NCBI GenBank assembly: GCA_964016885.1
Contig: OZ024740.1
Span: 37,076,001-37,140,000, forward strand
DNA from: Eledone cirrhosa
Lineage: Eukaryota
Direction: 5' to 3'
DNA: 64,000 nucleotides
Shown: one piece after another, positions 61,067 through 64,000 of the stretch
How positions within the stretch are numbered: position 1 is the stretch's first letter
How the letters are laid out: the number at the start of each line of letters is the position of its first letter
The notes under the pieces: model-generated
Databases searched by the model: none
What the model was told of the DNA's origin: nothing
What the model saw: only the letters and a program-made list of their open reading frames with translations
Position numbers and translations under genes: made by a program

Positions 61067-61259
61067 GATTTCTACTATAGGCACAAGGCCAGCAATTTGG
61101 AGGAAGGGGAAAGTCGATTAAATCGACTCCAGTGCATTACTGGTACTTTAATTTATCGACATCGTAAGGATGAAAGGCAAAGCTAACCTCGGCGAGATTT
61201 GAACTCAAAACGTAAAGGGTCATCCGATGCTCTACTGATTCTGCCAACCCACTGCCCTG
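61067..61259 (-). mobile_element. SINE inserted within (AAT)n
   Basis: B box, Meta-like core, tail CCTTGTGCCTATAGTAGAAATC; AAT repeats on both flanks. Confidence 0.88.

Positions 61260-61341
<82 letters not shown>
61260..61341. repeat. (AAT)n tract
   Basis: Direct reading; one of 11 such junction tracts. Confidence 0.97.
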
Positions 61342-64000
61342 GGGAAGAAGACGCACGAGGTGACGGAGGTCATGAAATCGCTCCCGTAAGTTTTGAATTT
61401 TTAACATATTTAAATCATTTGTGAAATAACAACTCTTAGTACAAATGCTACGTAAAGCACCCGGCTTGAGCCCCAAAAAATTCGGACCCAAAATATATTG
61501 TTATAAGGCTCAAATATTCAAATATTCAACTTTGTATTGTACACTGTATATCCAAAAAAGAAAATGGCTATAAATGGAAGAAGAAGAACCCCCCCCTCCT
61601 CTCCTCTGGCTACACTATATAGGACAGCTAAACTCACCAACACCAGAAACTAGATACACCACCCACCCCATCATCTGTGTACACTAAACACAACAGCCAG
61701 ATAACGACATTTTCACCTTCACCGCCACCGCTCACTACGGCCGTCATTACCACCACTATCCCATCACCGCCGCCACCACCCCTTGACTCCTTCACTGCTG
61801 CCACCGCTACAGCACCATCACTACAGTAATACGGTCGCATCACCGCCACCACTGCCTCGGTATCGACATCACCACCACCACTGTCTCAGTATCGCTACCG
61901 CCGCCAGTCTCCCACTTCTCCCTGCTGGCTGCTACTTCCACATTATAGAATTCCTACTACTAACAAAGAGGAAGGCATCAAAATATATAGATAGACTCAA
62001 AAGAAAAAAGAAAAAACAAACAACAAAACCAAAGCAGCACAGCAACAACAGCAAAAACGAGAAAAACAAACAGAGAAAAACAAAAACAAAAAAAGAAACC
62101 CCCAAAACGTAAAGAAAATAAGAATGAAGAGAGAAGCAGGCGGACGGACAGAGAAGAGGGGGGAAAAAGTAAAACTTAAAAAACAAAAACTAAGTCAGAC
62201 ATTCGAATACTACATTACAATGAAACTTATGCTTATTCATTTTCGGGGCCCTTTCTGCCCGTGTGTTTGTTTGTTTATGTGTGTTCGTATACAGCGTGGT
62301 GATAATGCCACACAAGGGCCAAGTGGGATGGCGGATCCACAGATGGCTATGTAAACATACATTCGCCAATCCTCGATAAGAGTGTTTAAATATCGAACAT
62401 AAACAGTTCGAATAACGGTGAAATGGAGACTAGAACGTCATGTGACAGACTCTCACCCAACAGGTGCCCCCTGGCTCAGCAGCAGGAACCTGACTGTCAA
62501 CCAAATACTGCTGATGTTGGAGGAAGAAGAAAAAGGAAAGGGGCCAGAACCAACTGGACGAAAGAATTGAATAGAACTGTTATGCAATGCTACCTGAAAA
62601 GTAACCCCAAGGAGAGGGGCTACAGGAGACGGATGCATAACATCTGGAACGAGATTGGTTTATTTAAATTAGATGAACAAAAATTGGCCGGGCAGGCTTG
62701 GGTAATAAGAACTAATGGGTGGATAAGCGAGCTGGAACTGGAGGAACTGAGCAGAGAGAATGGCTTGGAGATGGCGGGTGTAGTATGCCAGACAAGCGAG
62801 CCGGTGGGAAATGAAGGTGAGGAGGTCCTGAGAACGGAGGAACCACCCGAAGCAGACAATGATCTGAATACTGAGATAAATAATACCTGGAACAGAGATA
62901 CGGCCACTGAGGAGATGAATGCTGACGGGCTAGGACAAGATTCGGTTGACATCCTAAATTTAGTGGTAGATGAATTGAACAATGATAGTGGGAGACCTAT
63001 GAACCTAAGATTTGTAGACAGGAAAAAGTTAAAAGAAACAACAGCTAAGGTAAACAAAGTCATCCCATACCTTGAGGCGAGGAGCCTTCACCAGTGCAAC
63101 AATATCCTCAAAGCAACAGCAAATACGGTGAGGAAACTACTTGGTATAAAAGCGAGAGGAAACAACAGACAAGAAAGAGCAGAGCCGTGGTGGAAGAAGC
63201 GACTGAGTGGGCAAATCGGGGAAATGAGAAATGACATAGGAAAGCTTGAGTCACTACTGAATGGGACACTAAAAAACATAGGCACTAAAAATAGACTGGA
63301 AATAAAATACAAAACTAGGAGTAAAAAGCTAAATATTATCATAGAGGAATTGAAGCAACGCATTGTAGCAAAGAGTGCCAAAATCAGGCGATACGAGAAC
63401 AGAGTCAGTCAGTATAAACAGAACCGCATGTTCGACAACAACCAGAAGATGCTGTTTGGACAGCTTGAGGGGAAAGAAAGAGGCAACGACTTGATCCCTG
63501 GGGCGGAACAAACTAAAACATTCTGGAGAGGAATATGGGAGCAGGATGTTAGACACAATGCCCAGGCAGGGTGGATTGAGACAGTACAGAGGGAGATCGG
63601 TGAGCAGGCACAACAACAGACTGATTTGAGTATCACAGTTGAAACTCTTAAGGGGCAAGCCAAAATACTAACCAACTGGAAATCACCAGGCCCAGATGGT
63701 GTGCAGAGGTATTGGCTTAAACATTTAACATCCCTCCACCCGAAGCTGACGGCCATGTTCAATGACTGCTTGGTGTCGGGTGAGGTGCCAGAGTGGTTGA
63801 CAAAAGGTACCACAGTTCTGATAATGAAAGACCGAATCAAGGGTAATGATGTTACCAACTATAGACCTATCACATGTCTGCCCGTAATGTGGAAACTGTT
63901 GACGAGCATTGTGTCTGAGGAAATCTACCATCACCTCCACACAAACAACTTGTTACCGGACGAACAGAAAGGATGCCGAAAGAAGTCACGTGGTACAAAG
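61342..64000 (+). mobile_element. Dong-B copy 3 (runs off the window)
   Basis: 5' UTR and ORF homologous to 50469-53000. Confidence 0.92.
62423..64000 (+). CDS. Dong-B3 ORF, open to the window edge (partial)
   Basis: ATG 62423 [45 protein letters not shown]; 526 codons with frame preserved; lacks both lesions of B2. True start uncertain. Confidence 0.8.
   Translation, partial: METRTSCDRLSPNRCPLAQQQEPDCQPNTADVGGRRKRKGARTNWTKELNRTVMQCYLKSNPKERGYRRRMHNIWNEIGLFKLDEQKLAGQAWVIRTNGWISELELEELSRENGLEMAGVVCQTSEPVGNEGEEVLRTEEPPEADNDLNTEINNTWNRDTATEEMNADGLGQDSVDILNLVVDELNNDSGRPMNLRFVDRKKLKETTAKVNKVIPYLEARSLHQCNNILKATANTVRKLLGIKARGNNRQERAEPWWKKRLSGQIGEMRNDIGKLESLLNGTLKNIGTKNRLEIKYKTRSKKLNIIIEELKQRIVAKSAKIRRYENRVSQYKQNRMFDNNQKMLFGQLEGKERGNDLIPGAEQTKTFWRGIWEQDVRHNAQAGWIETVQREIGEQAQQQTDLSITVETLKGQAKILTNWKSPGPDGVQRYWLKHLTSLHPKLTAMFNDCLVSGEVPEWLTKGTTVLIMKDRIKGNDVTNYRPITCLPVMWKLLTSIVSEEIYHHLHTNNLLPDEQKGCRKKSRGTK

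Overview
AT-rich, microsatellite-rich metazoan DNA made almost entirely of transposable elements. I can support no host gene. The SINE type and (TA)n/(AAT)n density suggest an octopus/cephalopod genome (inference). Bases 1-26,000 are a (TA)n-rich zone. It holds Penelope-like element remnants (GIY-YIG), 8-9 type I hammerhead ribozyme motifs (one retrozyme-like tandem pair, several degenerate), fold-back inverted repeats, a non-autonomous LTR element, CR1/RTE fragments, SINEs, and piggyBac/hAT/mariner remnants. Bases 26,400-64,000 are a continuous chain of non-LTR retrotransposons joined almost entirely through (AAT)n tracts. Four Tx1-clade LINEs (AP endonuclease + RT, two families) all lie on the - strand with (ATT)n tails. 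Seven R4/Dong-like elements (RT + restriction-like endonuclease, three families) all lie on the + strand with (AAT)n tails. One Tx1 ORF2 (1139 aa) is intact, and one Dong ORF is open to the window edge. Best leads: (1) two unrelated endonuclease classes sharing one microsatellite target from opposite strands; (2) splice donor/acceptor motifs bracketing Tx1 ORF2; (3) a SINE sharing the Tx1 3' terminal motif; (4) a covarying 3' hairpin in three Dong families; (5) hammerhead-bearing (TA)n-associated elements. All calls are by eye; no database search was run.
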